Source: the human T2T-CHM13v2.0 reference genome, Homo sapiens
Reading direction: 5' to 3' (one strand)
Length of the DNA: 64,000 nt
NCBI RefSeq assembly: GCF_009914755.1
Contig: NC_060925.1
The notes under the pieces were generated by a model. The model saw only the letters and a list, made by a program, of their open reading frames with translations, was not told where the DNA came from and ran no database searches. The number at the start of each line of letters is the position of its first letter. Positions within the stretch are counted from its first letter, which is position 1. Position numbers and translations under genes: made by a program. Positions 1-13,944 of this stretch are shown here, one piece after another.

Positions 1-243
1 AACAGATTTTAAACACTGTGAAGACATGAGAGATTCTAGGGTGGAAGAAGCTAGGTGTCCCTGTTTACATAGGCCCCACTAGATCCCAAAGCTCTGCAGC
101 TCAGGTCTCAGAATTCCCCTTTGTCTTCAGTCTGAGAGTTACCTACGAGAGCAAGGTTACTCAGCAGAAGCTTTGCCCTGAGCTACATTTTTGGGCCTCT
201 GCCTGCAGGTGGCATCAACTTGAAAGGACTTGTTGAGGATTAC

Positions 244-369
244 CTTGATATCTCCAAAGAGGCTCTCATCCACCTCAGAGCTCACGGCTTTGGTCCGATA
301 GCGAGCCTTATTCCTTGACCTGTTGGAAGCGGCAGAAGAGGAGCTCAGGATGCCAGCTGTGCTTAGTGG
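244..369 (-). CDS. CFAP45: CFAP45 (CCDC19) exon 2; gene continues beyond the left edge of the window
   Basis: 126-nt exon between ttcctgcag| and |gtaatc encoding PLSTAGILSSSSAASNRSRNKARYRTKAVSSEVDESLFGDIK, the recalled N-terminus of human CFAP45; phase 0/0. Confidence 0.93.
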
Positions 370-609
370 CTGCAGGAAGAGGCAGAAAGTTTGGGTCATC
401 AGTACTGAGTGGCATCCAGACCCTGGGAAGTCAACAATTCACCAGCCCATGCTGGGGGAGTGGGTGGGCATGTGAAAAAGAAACAGTTAGGGAAAGCGGC
501 TGTGTAAACTCTGAACCATAGGGGACAAGGAGCAACAGATGGAGGGCATCCCCACAGAGCAGGGAAGGGTCTCTGCAAAAAAAAGAGCTCTGCATAAAGC
601 AGCATTTGT

Positions 610-1190
610 GTAAAACAGTTGATCTCATAGAAGTACAGAGTAGAATGGTGGTTACCAGAGGCTGAAGAGAGGAAGGGGAGGGGCATGGGGAGAGGTTGGT
701 CAGTGAGTGCGCAGTTACAGTTAGATAGGAGGAATAAGTTCTGGTGCTCTATTGCACAGAAAGGCCACTATAGTTAATAATAATGTACTGTATATCTCAA
801 AAGAGATACACAATATCTAGGAGAGGATTTTGAGAAATATAAATGTTATAAGATTAAATGAGATGGCAAGGTCTAGTATTTGATAGCGCAATAGAATGAC
901 TAGAGTTAACAATAATGTATATTACTATATATAAATGTATATTAATATACATGTATACAATAATATATATAAATATACATGTATACAATGTATATTAATT
1001 TACATTGTATATTTCAAACTAGCTAGAAGAGAGAATTTTGAGTGATCTCACTGCAAAGAAATGACAAGTGTTTGAGGTAATGGATATGCTAACTACCCTG
1101 ATTCAATCATTACACAATGTATATACATGTATCAAAACATCACACTATACCCCATAAATGTGTACAATCATTATGTGTCAATTAAAAACA
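610..1190 (+). mobile_element. Old L1 (L1MA/MB-type) 3' end with internal AT-rich expansion
   Basis: gagtagaatggtggttaccagaggctg ... tgtatcaaaacatcacactataccccataaatgtgtacaat, typical of L1M 3'UTRs. Confidence 0.75.
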
Positions 1191-1649
1191 AAGCTGTTTT
1201 GTTTTTTGTGGGGTTTTTTTAAGAGCATTTCTGTAGTCCCTGAAGCTGAAGGCCAAGTCGGCCACATAGTATGGAAGTAAGGATAAAGGAAGCAGGAATG
1301 GCAGGAGGAGAGAAGCAACAGTTTCTCATTATCTGCCTAGTACCAGTTTCCCAAGAGGACAATCTCTTGTGGGGCAACTTGGGCTTGCCCCCTGAGACAC
1401 GCACAGTGTCCCCTTTGCCTCCAATCTTTTCAGCTTGTGCTTCAAGTCTTTCTCACAAATGACGCTACTGTTTGACCTCCTTCGTGTCTCCACAATCTTA
1501 CAAGGTTATGGTGGGACCACAGGATATAAAGGATGGAAAAGTGCCTCACCCACTGCTTGGCATGTGGTTGATGCCCAATAAACTTGAGGCAGTGGGTGAA
1601 TGATAAATGATTACTAGCTATAATCAAGCAAACCAGTTCATAATACCCA

Positions 1650-2187
1650 CTATTTGGCTGTTTCTCTCCCAAGACCCTTTTAGTGTGCCTTAGTCATTTT
1701 TTAACCCCCTACTAACTTCCTATTTTGGCAAATTCCCCATCTAATGAGTTGTGGGAGATAGTGCTCTTCTCCAACTACAGAAGCTGAAAACATCAAATAT
1801 TCACCTCAGACTGGCCAAGGGACCTAGGCTTAGCCAATGAGATGGCCCTGGACTGACAATGACTAGGGAACTAGTGGACCAAAAGGCAGAACAAGGAAAA
1901 CCTTTCTGACCCAAACAGAACTGGCAGCCAGACCCAGCGTCTGGGCAACACTGATAACGATACCAGCAGCGGCACCCTATGTAAGGAATTGGCAGTTTTG
2001 GGGGTGCAACAGTGCATCAGGGTCCTTGCCAGACCAGTTCTAGGTTTTGATTTTGGTCTTGGTTCCAGCTGCAGAAACTTCTTTTGTTCCTATTTGTGAG
2101 CTCTCCAAAACCCTCTTAACACATTCTCTTTTACTTAAATTGGAATTCTGGCTCTGTTGCTTGTAACTAAGAATCTGACGAACACAA
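1650..2187 (+). mobile_element. Degenerate ERVL-type LTR (LTR16/LTR33-like)
   Basis: 3' end ...tctgttgcttgtaactaagaatctgacgaacaca resembles ERVL LTR termini; subfamily and left boundary uncertain. Confidence 0.45.
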
Positions 2188-4045
2188 CCTCCATTCCCAA
2201 AGGACAGGCAGCTTCATCTCAGTCCCAAGAGTAGACGTCTATCTCTAAAAGGTAGTGTCTACAAGGACTACTGGATGACTCCAGGCTTATGATAAAGCTG
2301 ATTCAAACCTCACTTTGGAGGAGCCCACATGCCCCACACCTCTCTAAACTGGGCTACCTTGAAGGAATAGGCCAGGCACATTGGGTCTCCCCAAGCCTGG
2401 GAATCAGCAGCTGATAAAGGAACAGGGTAGACAGGGAAATATACCATGCTTTCCAGGTCCCTAAGCCCTGGACAGTGTTCTGAAAGCTCTCTCTGATCTG
2501 CCATTACCAACCAGACACCCCAGCACCTGTTACTCCTGTATCAGGTTTTCACACTCGATTGGACAATTATTTTCCAGCTGTCTCTGTGCTGTACATTGAA
2601 CAATGCTATATGTGCATTTCCCTCACTGCCCGGCACAGCCAGCAAAAGGCTTACACAGGGAGTCTCCCTCTACAGCGTCAGCCAGCCCCAATACTGTAGA
2701 GCAGAAAAGCTTGGATTTATTAAAAGGTAAATATAGCAGCCCCAAGGATGCCTAATAACAGCCTCTGAAGGGTTATTATATGGTAGGTGGTGAGCTACGG
2801 CTCCCCTTTCCACCAAAAATAGAATAAGAGGAAATGAATAGAAACTTCAGTAGGTGGGATTGAGGCTAAGCATTGGGAATAACTGGAAAAGGTGGATGGC
2901 TTTGGATCATGAGTTTTGTATGTAATTAAGGGAAAAGGTGCAGTGCCTGGCACATGTAGTAGGAACAATATAGCAATGTGCATTTGATGAAGAATGAATA
3001 AAACCGAACAAGGTGACCTCTCAAGGACAGGACTGCAGACCAGATTGAGATGGATACTTTTCCGGAATACAACTGCCTGACTCCAAGTCACTCCACCATT
3101 CCATGTTTTCCAGATCACGTATGTGGTCTCCACTGTGGATAATAACGTATGTGAAAGGGCTTTGGAATACAGATGGAAAGTATTATTGTTTTCCATTTGT
3201 TTTCCTGTCTGTTTTCAAGGACTCCAACAGGTTTTCCCTTGTGCTGAAGTGTCCGCCAGACTGCAGGTTCCTCCAGGGCTGAGCCTGCATCTCCTGTTTC
3301 CTATGCCCTTGGTACCCAGGTCAAGAGGAAGTCACAGCAAGGACTGCCTGAGCCAGAACAGAGGAAGAAAAACAGATGACCACAGAAAAGTGGCCACTGA
3401 GCAGGACAGAGGGAAGCTCTGAACTCTAGGGTTGGGTGGTTGAGAAAACCTCATTGGGGAAATGCTGACTTTGAAGCCGCAGCCTTACACCAGGGTTAGA
3501 ATAAACAGTTTTGCCAAGAGTAACAAGGATTAGAGAGGTCACTGTGTAAACATACTAGAAAAAAATGAAGAATCAAGCACAAATGTAAAGCTGGATCCCT
3601 CTGGGCCAGAGGCAATAGCGAAGAAGTTCTTTAAGGAGGTGACGGGCTGGTTTTCTTCTTTGCATGACCAAATAAATATTGCCAAGAAGCTGAACAGTGC
3701 CTAAGGAGAAGCACATCCAGTCCTGCTTGCAGGAAGATAACTCTTGAAGGGAAGGCAGCTGAGAAGGCAGGGGGTCTGGGGAAGATGAGGACTGGGGACA
3801 GATAAAGATGCCAGCCCTGCTTTGATATTTTCGTCTTGGTGACTCAGCTGACTCCCCCTCTCTTCATAAGCCATCCAACTCCTGGAGCACAAGAATTCAG
3901 CCACAGCTAGGAGCTCTATGAGAGACTCTGATGCAGAAAGATTTGCTGATCAAACAAATGATAATTTTGACTTACAGTCATTGATATAGGATGATCTCCA
4001 TAACTTGTTAAGTTGTAAAGAAAACAGACTGTAAGAAACGCATAA

Positions 4046-4753
<708 letters not shown>

Positions 4754-6432
4754 TCAGGAACCTTTACCATCTTAAGATGTTTCTTTATTGAATAATTTCC
4801 TGCAATGAGTAGATACCAATTTTATGACCAGAAAAAAAAAACAATAAAACAATTTTTATTTGAAAACAAAGCATAGCAATGGGCCTGGTGCCCGAACTCT
4901 GAAAGCAAGAGAGTACAGACCTAAAAAAGAAAACAAACAAACAAACAAACAAAAAAACCATAGCATTATATATTCTGGGATCCAGAATGTTTCACTCAAA
5001 TTCAGCAAGACAAAGCTGGAATGGGGCTAGAATAGGTCAGTGTGAAGTTTCCCTGATGTAACTTCAACACCTGTCAACTAAACAGGTTGACATGTTCAGG
5101 AAAGATATGTCTTTTCCTAGATGTCTTACCCATTCTGAGGTCTAGTTCTTCTTTTGCACAGTCTCCGCAGGCTGGCAAATTCAGGCTTCAAACTCTTGGC
5201 CTGGTTCTACTTCCCTTTCTGTAGACTTTGGTTACCAAGAAAGGGAGATTCCCATGCACGAGACCCCTTGCCTTTTACTCTGAGTGATCCACGCAATTAT
5301 CCTCTTTCTTCAATTGGGACCAAGTTGGCCATCTGTAGGATGCCACCAGAAGATAACATCCTAGTCAGTACTGAGGTCCCCATCTCTCCTTCTGCAGGAT
5401 TTTAATCATTATTTTTGTAAGAGTTCTGGAAGTCTGCCTAATTGTGACCCTCACCACCACTACTATCTCTTCTCATGCCTTTAAATATTCTCCAAACCTA
5501 GTGAGTAGCACTATACGTACACGAACACACACAGCTGGCCTGCCAGAGATCACTAACTTAGACCCACTGCTTCTCAAAGGTGTCTATATGCCCAGTCCTG
5601 TCCCAGGAATTACAGAGGGGCTCAGTGAGTGAGTCAAACCCCTGCCCTGAGTGGCTCCTGGATGGGGAATCCCTGATCTGGGTGCTCTGAAGCCCACAGG
5701 TCTTGCCCAGGTGCAACTTATGCCCTATGAGAGCTTGGAAATAGGAAATTTTTAAAAGAGGACAAAAGGGGAACTAACATTTACCATATGCCCTTAGACA
5801 CCAGGCATGACAGTAGGTGCTCACATACATACATACGCCACTGTGTTTGTAAGGTGCTGAGAGAAGATGGGACACTGAATCAAATAGAATACATAAGTGA
5901 AAGGGGACGCTCCCCCACCCCAATTACAACACTGCAGGGAGTCCTCGAAAGTCAGGAACTGCTCTTTGTTGGAGACTTATTTAATAATTAACAAAATTCT
6001 TCTGAGGTCCACTGAGCCCCAGAAAAGCAATGCAGCCCCTGGGCCTGAAGTCTGTCCACAAGTACATCCAAGTAGCAACCTTTGCCACCTGTTGTGCCCC
6101 AGACATTCTAGGTCAGTTCCAATAACCCAAGACTCCAACACTTATCATCTGCCCTTCCCCTCCCCTCTGGGACCAACACACTCAAGCCCAGGCATCCCCT
6201 TCATGGTTCCTCCCAGGCTTTGCTGGCCTTCTCAGCCCTCAGTACCCTGACAGCCCTCCCCATCCCAGCAAACCCCAGGCTGCCAGTCCTGTCCCAATCT
6301 CTCTCCCGGGCCTTGCAAACCTGAGACCCTCCTCACTCACTCACTCATTTATTCATTCATTCATTCACTGCCAAATATTTATTGACTAACTACTGAGGGA
6401 TACAAAGCCCTGCTAACAGAAGAAAAACCTGA

Positions 6433-6832
<400 letters not shown>

Positions 6833-7044
6833 CACCAGTGCTTTTTCCCACACCACATCCACAATCTTTGGTCCACAGAGGCCCCGCTGTAATGGCAACG
6901 GGGAGAGGGTTGGGGCATCCCTTTCTCCCCAACTCCTCCGCTCAGCGCGCTCCACATTTCCAATCGTTATCGATGCTATCCCTAATTCCTCTTTTGAACC
7001 CACCTCAGGATCTCCCTTGCTTCTTCTAGAGGTGTTCTCCTTAC

Positions 7045-7145
7045 TCCTGGGCCCTCCTGACCCCTAGACCCAACTGTGACCTCCCCTAGGCCCCCACTTT
7101 CCCCACTCAGAGCCCCCACCCAATTCAGGACACAAGGGGCCCATC
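7045..7145 (-). ncRNA. MIR4259: MIR4259 annotated precursor (mature sequence 7055-7076), in CFAP45 intron 1
   Basis: Reverse complement of 7055-7076 is CAGTTGGGTCTAGGGGTCAGGA, the recalled hsa-miR-4259; the region starts 16 nt into intron 1. Confidence 0.7.
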
Positions 7146-7161
7146 TGAGGTTCTCCCTCAC

Positions 7162-7164
7162 CAT
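7162..7164 (-). CDS. CFAP45: CFAP45 exon 1 coding part (start codon only); 5'UTR extends to roughly 7230
   Basis: Minus strand GAGGAG-ATG|gtgagg in a CpG-rich promoter; ATG joined to exon 2 gives MPLSTAG... Confidence 0.85.
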
Positions 7165-7179
7165 CTCCTCAGCCACACG

Positions 7180-7430
7180 CCCTGACTCCGGACTTCTGCT
7201 GCCGCCTCGGCGCCGCCAAGGCCCTAGTGTTGACGCGTTACCTTGGCAACCACTAGCCCGCGTTCTTCGGCTCAGGCCCCGCCCCCGGCCCCGCCCCTCC
7301 CACCTCCAGCGGGCAGTTGCCTTGTGCTGGTGGCTTAGGAACCGGAGCCCGTCGCTCCAACCGTTGCAGCTCCACGCTCCAGCCCAACCGCGGCTCTGAA
7401 GGATTGACCCGCCCTGGCGTGCCCTGCTCT
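7180..7430 (-). promoter_or_regulatory. CFAP45 CpG promoter with RFX X-box (7237-7250) and GC boxes (~7277-7300)
   Basis: GTTACCTTGGCAAC matches the X-box palindrome GTTNCCNNGGNAAC; tandem CCCCGCCC Sp/KLF boxes; high CpG density. Confidence 0.8.
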
Positions 7431-8701
7431 CCACTTTGGCTTTGGCCAAACTTTTGGGTCAGAACCCGAACCTAAAGAACTTACTATGGGCCGAGGGGGT
7501 TCTAACTGTCAGCGGCCCCAGGAGCCTGGCCCAGGGTCACAGTTTTCCCCTGGGACTTCACCTAGGTTGCTATGATTACTCTTGCCCCATTGCCCAGGAG
7601 GCGCCAAGCCAACCCCTGATGAGTGTAGTCTGCAGAGAAGCCAGCAGGATCAGGACAAACCAGTTCCACAGCAGGAGAGAATCTGGTCGGGTCAACAAAG
7701 AACTTCCAGCCCTGAGGATGTCTATGCAGTCTCAAGAGCAGTTTCTTAAATTGCGGGCCTCAAATCTGCAGCTAAGAATCACCTGGGAGAGTTTATTAAA
7801 AATGGAGGCCCTACATTAGAATAAGTCAAAAGCTAAGGAACTGACTTTGGGGAGCTTGTCTTTTAACACTTCCTAGCTGGTATGTATTGTTCTAGAAAGT
7901 ACATAGGGGTTTTGTCATTTTTTCCAATTTGGTTTGGCCTCTCTACCTCCCAACTTGCAGGGCTGGCACTGAGCTCACTTTGGTAGGCTGCATGCTCCAA
8001 GCCTCACGAAGCTGTCCCACCAGACCAAGGACATTTGTCTTCCTCCAGTGCTGATTAGCTGATTAGCTAAGCTCTTGGTGTGACTCTGTGAGTCTCTGAG
8101 CTGCTTTCTCAAACCTCTCTCCAAACCCTCACAGCCAGTCTTTCTGAAGCTCTTACTCCAACTTGGGCACTGAAGGCTATTCACAAGCCCCGGGGGAATG
8201 GAAAGAGGGAGACAAGGTCACTTCTTGCTGCTTTTAAAAGGACTTACTCCAACAGGCTTCACATTCCTTCCCTAGATTTCCCAGCCTTTATCTCCTTTGG
8301 GATCAAGAGTACAAAATTGTGTCCCCTGCCCAGTCCCACCAAGTGTTGAAGGCTTAATCAGAGGGAGAAGGGAAGGCCTGAAGAGGAGGAGCACAGTCCC
8401 TGGGAGGCTTGGGACTGAGAGAAGGGGCTGTTTTGTTCGTGGGAACCTTCCTTACTAAGGCTTGGCATTAGAACCCCGTTCCCTGCAGCTCAGAAAGAAG
8501 GGAAGACAAGTAACCGGCCCACTGTGAATAAGGTGCTTCCTGTATTCACCCCATTCTCCCAGGCACATCTGCATGACATAGTTACTATCCGTGTAACCAA
8601 AGAGGAAACAAGCCAAGAAAAAACTGTCCAAATTGAAAATCTATTCTTTTCTCAGCCCAGGGTAACTCTCTGAAGAAAAGGTGCAAAGTTGAGGCAGAAA
8701 G

Positions 8702-9345
8702 GGCTGGGCGCGGTGGCTCATGCCTGTAATCCCAGCACTTTGGGAGGCCAAGGTGGGCAGATCACGAGGTCAGGAGTTCGAGACCAGCCTGGCCGACATA
8801 GTGAAACCCCGTCTCTACTAAAAATACAAAAAATTAGCCGGGGGTGGTGGCAGGCACCTGTAATCCCAGCTACTCAGGAGGCTCAGGCAGGAGAATCACT
8901 TGAAGCCAGGACGGGGAGATTGCAGTGAGCCAAGATCACTCCAGCCCAGGCAACAATGCAAGACTCTGTCTCAAAGAAAAATTAAAAAAGTTATGGCAGG
9001 AAGGAGGGAATGACAGAGTGCAGTGTAAGGGACTTGCCTCCCAGCAGGCAATTACATGCCTGTAATCCCAGTACTTTGGGAGCCCAAGGCAGGAGGATTG
9101 CTTACATCCAGGAGTTTGAGACCAGCCTGGGCAACATAGGGAGATCCCATCTCTACAAAAAATCAAAAATTAGCCAGGCATAGTGGTACATGCCAGTGGT
9201 CCCAGCTACTTGGGAGGCTGCACTAGGAGGGTCACTTGAGCCTCGGAGGTTGAGGCTGCTCTGAGCCATGATCGTGCCAATGCACCCAGCCTGGGTGACA
9301 AGAGTGAGACCCTGTCTTGAAAAATAAAATAAATAAAATACAATA
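8702..9345 (+). mobile_element. Two Alus (8702-8980, ~9053-9345)
   Basis: Alu consensus with A-rich tails. Confidence 0.9.
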
Positions 9346-9803
9346 AAAATTTATCTCAAAGCTAACAATGCTTAAGCTTCAGGCCTCTCATTTACGTAAG
9401 CACATGTCAAGGCTCAGAGAAGAACCCTTGGCCATGTGTCTACAGGCATACCTTGGAGATACTGCAGATTAGGCTTCAGAGCACTGCAATAAAACTAATA
9501 TCACAATACAGTGTGAGCAACACAAATTATTTGGTTTCCCAGTGCATAGGAAAGTTACATTTGCACTATACTGTAGTCTATCAGGTGTGCAATGGCATTA
9601 TGTCTAAAAAAATGTGCATACCTTAATTTAAATATACTTTGTTGCTAAAAAGTGCTAACAATCATCTGAGTCTTCAGAGAGAGTCATCATCTTTCTGCTG
9701 GTGGAGGGTCTTGCCTCAGTGTTAATGGCTGCTAACTGATGAGGGTAGCACTTGCTGAAAGCAGAGGTGGCTGCAGCAGTTTCTTACAATATGACAACAG
9801 TGA

Positions 9804-10350
<547 letters not shown>

Positions 10351-11275
10351 TAGCATTTTACCCACAATAGAACTTCTTTCAAACTTGGCATCAGTCCTCT
10401 CAAGCCCCGCCGCTGCTGTATCCTCTAAGTTTATGGAATATTCTAAATTCTTTTTTGTCATTTCAATAATGATTACAGTGTCTTCACCATGAGTAAACTC
10501 TTTTCTGTTTGTTTGTTTGTTGTTTTAAAGCTCCATCGTCAATGGAATAGGAGTAGATTCTACCCCCTAAGAAACAACTCCTCACCATTCCAGTTTTATC
10601 ATGAGATTGCAGCAATTTGATCACAACTTCAGGTTCCATTTCTGATTCTAGCTCTCTTGCTATTTCCACTATGTCTGCAATTACTTCCTACACTGAAGTC
10701 CTGAACCCCTCAAAGTCATCCATGAGAGTTGGAATCACCTTCCTCCAGACTCCTGTTAATCTCAATGTTTTGATCTTTTCTCATGAATCATGAATGTTCT
10801 TAATGGCACCTGGAATAGCAAATCTTTTTCAGAAGGTTTTCAATTTACTTTGACCAGATTCATCAGAAAAATCATTATCTATGGTAGTTATAGCCTTACA
10901 AAATGTATTTCTTAAATAATAAGACTTGAGATTGGAAATTACTTCTTGATCCATGGGCTACAAAATGGATATTGTGTTAGCAGAAATGAAAACAATATTG
11001 CTCTTCTACTACATCTCCATCAGAGTCTTTGGGTGACTAGATGCATTGTCAATGAGCAGTAATATTCTGAAAGGAATCATTTTTTCTGGGCAGTAGGTCT
11101 CAACAGTGGGCTTAAAATATTCAGTAAACCATGCTGTAAACAAATGTGCTGTCATCCCTGCTTTGTTGGGCCATTGATGGAGCACAGGCAGAACCAATTT
11201 AGTATAATTCTGAAGGGCCTTAGGATTTTTGGAATGATAAGTAAGCATTGCTTTCAACTTAAAGGAACCAGCTGG

Positions 11276-11580
11276 CTGGGTGCGGTGACTCACGCCTGTA
11301 ATCCCAGCACTTTGGGAGGCCTAGGCAGGCAGATCATTTGAAGTCAGGAGCTTGAGACCAGCCTGGCCAGCATGGTGAAACCCTATCTCTGCTAAAAATA
11401 CAAAAAAAAAAAAAATCAGCTGGGCATGGTGACATGTGCCTGTAATCCCAGCTACTTGAGGCATGAGAATCACTTGAACCCATGAGGCAGAAGTTGCAGT
11501 GAGCTGAGATTGTGCCGCTGCACTCCAGCCTGTGTGACAGAGTGAGACCCTATCTCAAAAAAATAAAAAATAAAAAAATA
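11276..11580 (+). mobile_element. Alu inside Tigger1
   Basis: TSD aaaggaacc(a/g)gct. Confidence 0.92.
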
Positions 11581-11939
11581 AAGGAACCGGCTGTGTTAAC
11601 CCCTAACAAGAAAGTCAGCCATCCCTTTGAAGTTTTGAAGCATTGACTTCTCTCTAGCCATGAAAGTCCTAGATGGCATATTCTTCTGTAGAAGGCTGTT
11701 TCATCTACATTCAAAATCTGTTAGTGTAGCCATCTTCATCAATTGTCTTAGCTAGATCTTCTGGACAACTTGCTTCAGGTTCTGCATCAACACTTGCTGC
11801 TTCACCTTGCACTTTTATGTTATGGAGATAACCTCTTTCCTGAACCAACCTCGGCTCGCTTCAAACTTTTTTCTTCCTCACTTCTCTCACCCTTCATAGA
11901 ATTGAAGAGAGTTAAGGGCCTTGCTCTTGACCAGGTGGA

Positions 11940-12242
11940 CTTTTTTTTTTTTTTTTTTTTGAGTTGGAGTCTCATCTGTCGCCCAGGCTGGAGTGCAGTG
12001 GCGCAATCTCAGCTCACTACAAGCTCCGCCTCCTGGGTTCATGACATTCTCCTGCCTCAGCCTCTCGAGTACCTGGGACTACAGGCATCCGCCACCACGT
12101 CCGGCTAATTTTTTTGTATTTTTAGTGGAGACGGGGTTTCACCGTGTTAGCCAGGATGGTCTCAATCTCCTGACCTTGTGATCTGCCCGCCTCAGCCTCC
12201 CAAAGTGCTAGGATTACAGGCATGAGCCACAGCGCCCGGCCC
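11940..12242 (-). mobile_element. AluY-like element inside Tigger1
   Basis: Poly(T) start, flanking aggtggactt repeats. Confidence 0.92.
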
Positions 12243-12500
12243 AACTAGGTGGACTTAAGGGAATGTTGTGGCTGGTGTGGTCTTCTATCCAGAGCACTAA
12301 AACTTTCTCCATATCAGAAATAAGGCTGGTTTTTTTTGCTTATCATTCATGTGTTCACTGTAATAGCACTTTTAATGTCCTTCAAGAACATTTCTTTTGT
12401 ATTTGCGACTTGGCTAACTGGCATGAGAGGTCTAGCTTTCAGATTATCTTAGCTTTTGATGTGCCTTCCTTGCTGAGCTTAATCATTTCCAGCTTTTGAT

Positions 12501-12633
12501 ATTTTTTTTTCAAAGAGAGACAGGGTCTTGCTGCATAGCCCAGGCTGGACTCCAGCTCCTTGGCTCAAGCTATCCTCCTGCCTCAGCTCTTGAGGAGCTG
12601 GTACTATAGGCATGCCTTCTCACCTGGATCAGC
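12501..12633 (-). mobile_element. Alu monomer (FLAM-like) inside Tigger1
   Basis: Single diverged Alu arm with poly(T). Confidence 0.75.
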
Positions 12634-13066
12634 CTTGGATTTAAAGTGAGAGACAGCAACTCTTCCTTTCATTTAAATGCTTAGAAGACATTGTAGGGTT
12701 ATTAACTAGCCTAATTTCAATATTGTTGGGTCAAATACACACAACATTTATTGATTCAGTTTGGCGTTTATACAGGTGCTGTTTGTGGTGCCCCAGGACA
12801 ATTACAATAGTAGTATCAAAAATCACTGATCACAGATCACCGTAACAGATATAATAATAATGAAAAAGTTTGGAATATTGCAAGAATTACCAAAATGTGA
12901 CACAGAGACATGAAGTGAGCACATGGTGTTGGAAAAATGGTGCCGATAGACTTGCTCAGTGTTGTCACAAACTTTTATTTTGTAAAAACCACAATATCTG
13001 TAAAGCGCAATAAAGCACAGTGCAATAAAATGAGATGTGCCTATCATTCAATAACAGGAATAGGTA

Positions 13067-13395
13067 GGCCAGGCACAGTGGCTCACACCTGTAATCCCAG
13101 CACTTTGGGAAGCTGAGGTGGGGGGATGGCTTGAGCACAGAAGCTCAAGAACAGCCTGGGCAATATAGCGAGACTCCATCTCTATTTTTTCTTTTACTTT
13201 TTTTTTCTTATATTATTAGATGAAATTGAAGCCTATCCACCCCCATTAAAAAAAAAAATAGAGGATGGGAAGCTGAGGCAGGAGAATGGCGTGAACCCAG
13301 GAGGCAGAGCTTGCAGTGAGCCAAGATGGTGCCAATGCACTCCAGCCTAGGCGACAGAGCAAGACTCCATCTCAAAAAAAAAAAAAAAAAAAAAA
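13067..13395 (+). mobile_element. Chimeric Alu (left arm + non-Alu linker + right arm)
   Basis: Alu arms flanked by aggaatag direct repeats. Confidence 0.85.
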
Positions 13396-13617
13396 GGAAT
13401 AGACAAATTTTTAATAGAATACATAGGCATTTGGATTGTTTGTAATCTAATAAGAAGAAGGAAATTCCATGAATATGTTGGGAAAATACTAAATGTCTTG
13501 TTGATTTGACATAAACATTGACATTGGTGGAGATTGTGTAAAATTCACATTAGCACACTAAAGTGAGGGCCTATGATGAACTGGTTAATGAGTGCCATCA
13601 ATTCAAAGAACATTTAG

Positions 13618-13772
13618 GAGCCGGGCATGGTGGCGCATGGCTATAGTCCCAGCTACTTGGGGGCTGAGGCAGGAGGAACCCTTGAACCCATGAGGTCGGG
13701 GCTGCAGTGAGCCGAGATCATGCCACTGCACTCGAGCCTGGGTGACCAAGTGTGACCATATTTCAAAAAAAA
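13618..13772 (+). mobile_element. Alu right-arm fragment
   Basis: Right monomer; flanking aaagaacatttagga / agagaacatttagga. Confidence 0.85.
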
Positions 13773-13944
13773 GAGAACATTTAGGATTAATTACTGAACA
13801 ATGGTCTGAAATCATACAACTCATTTAAAAATTTTAATACAGATTTTCCCAAATTGACAGCTATCATAAAAATTGACATGATTTACAAAGAACTGTGAAG
13901 TGAAACATTCTAATCTGTAATAGAACTGTTGATCAATCCATGCC

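Noticed and set aside
11009-11293. Tigger1 transposase ORF as a domesticated TIGD-like gene
   Set aside because: Fragmented by stops, frameshifts and Alu insertions.
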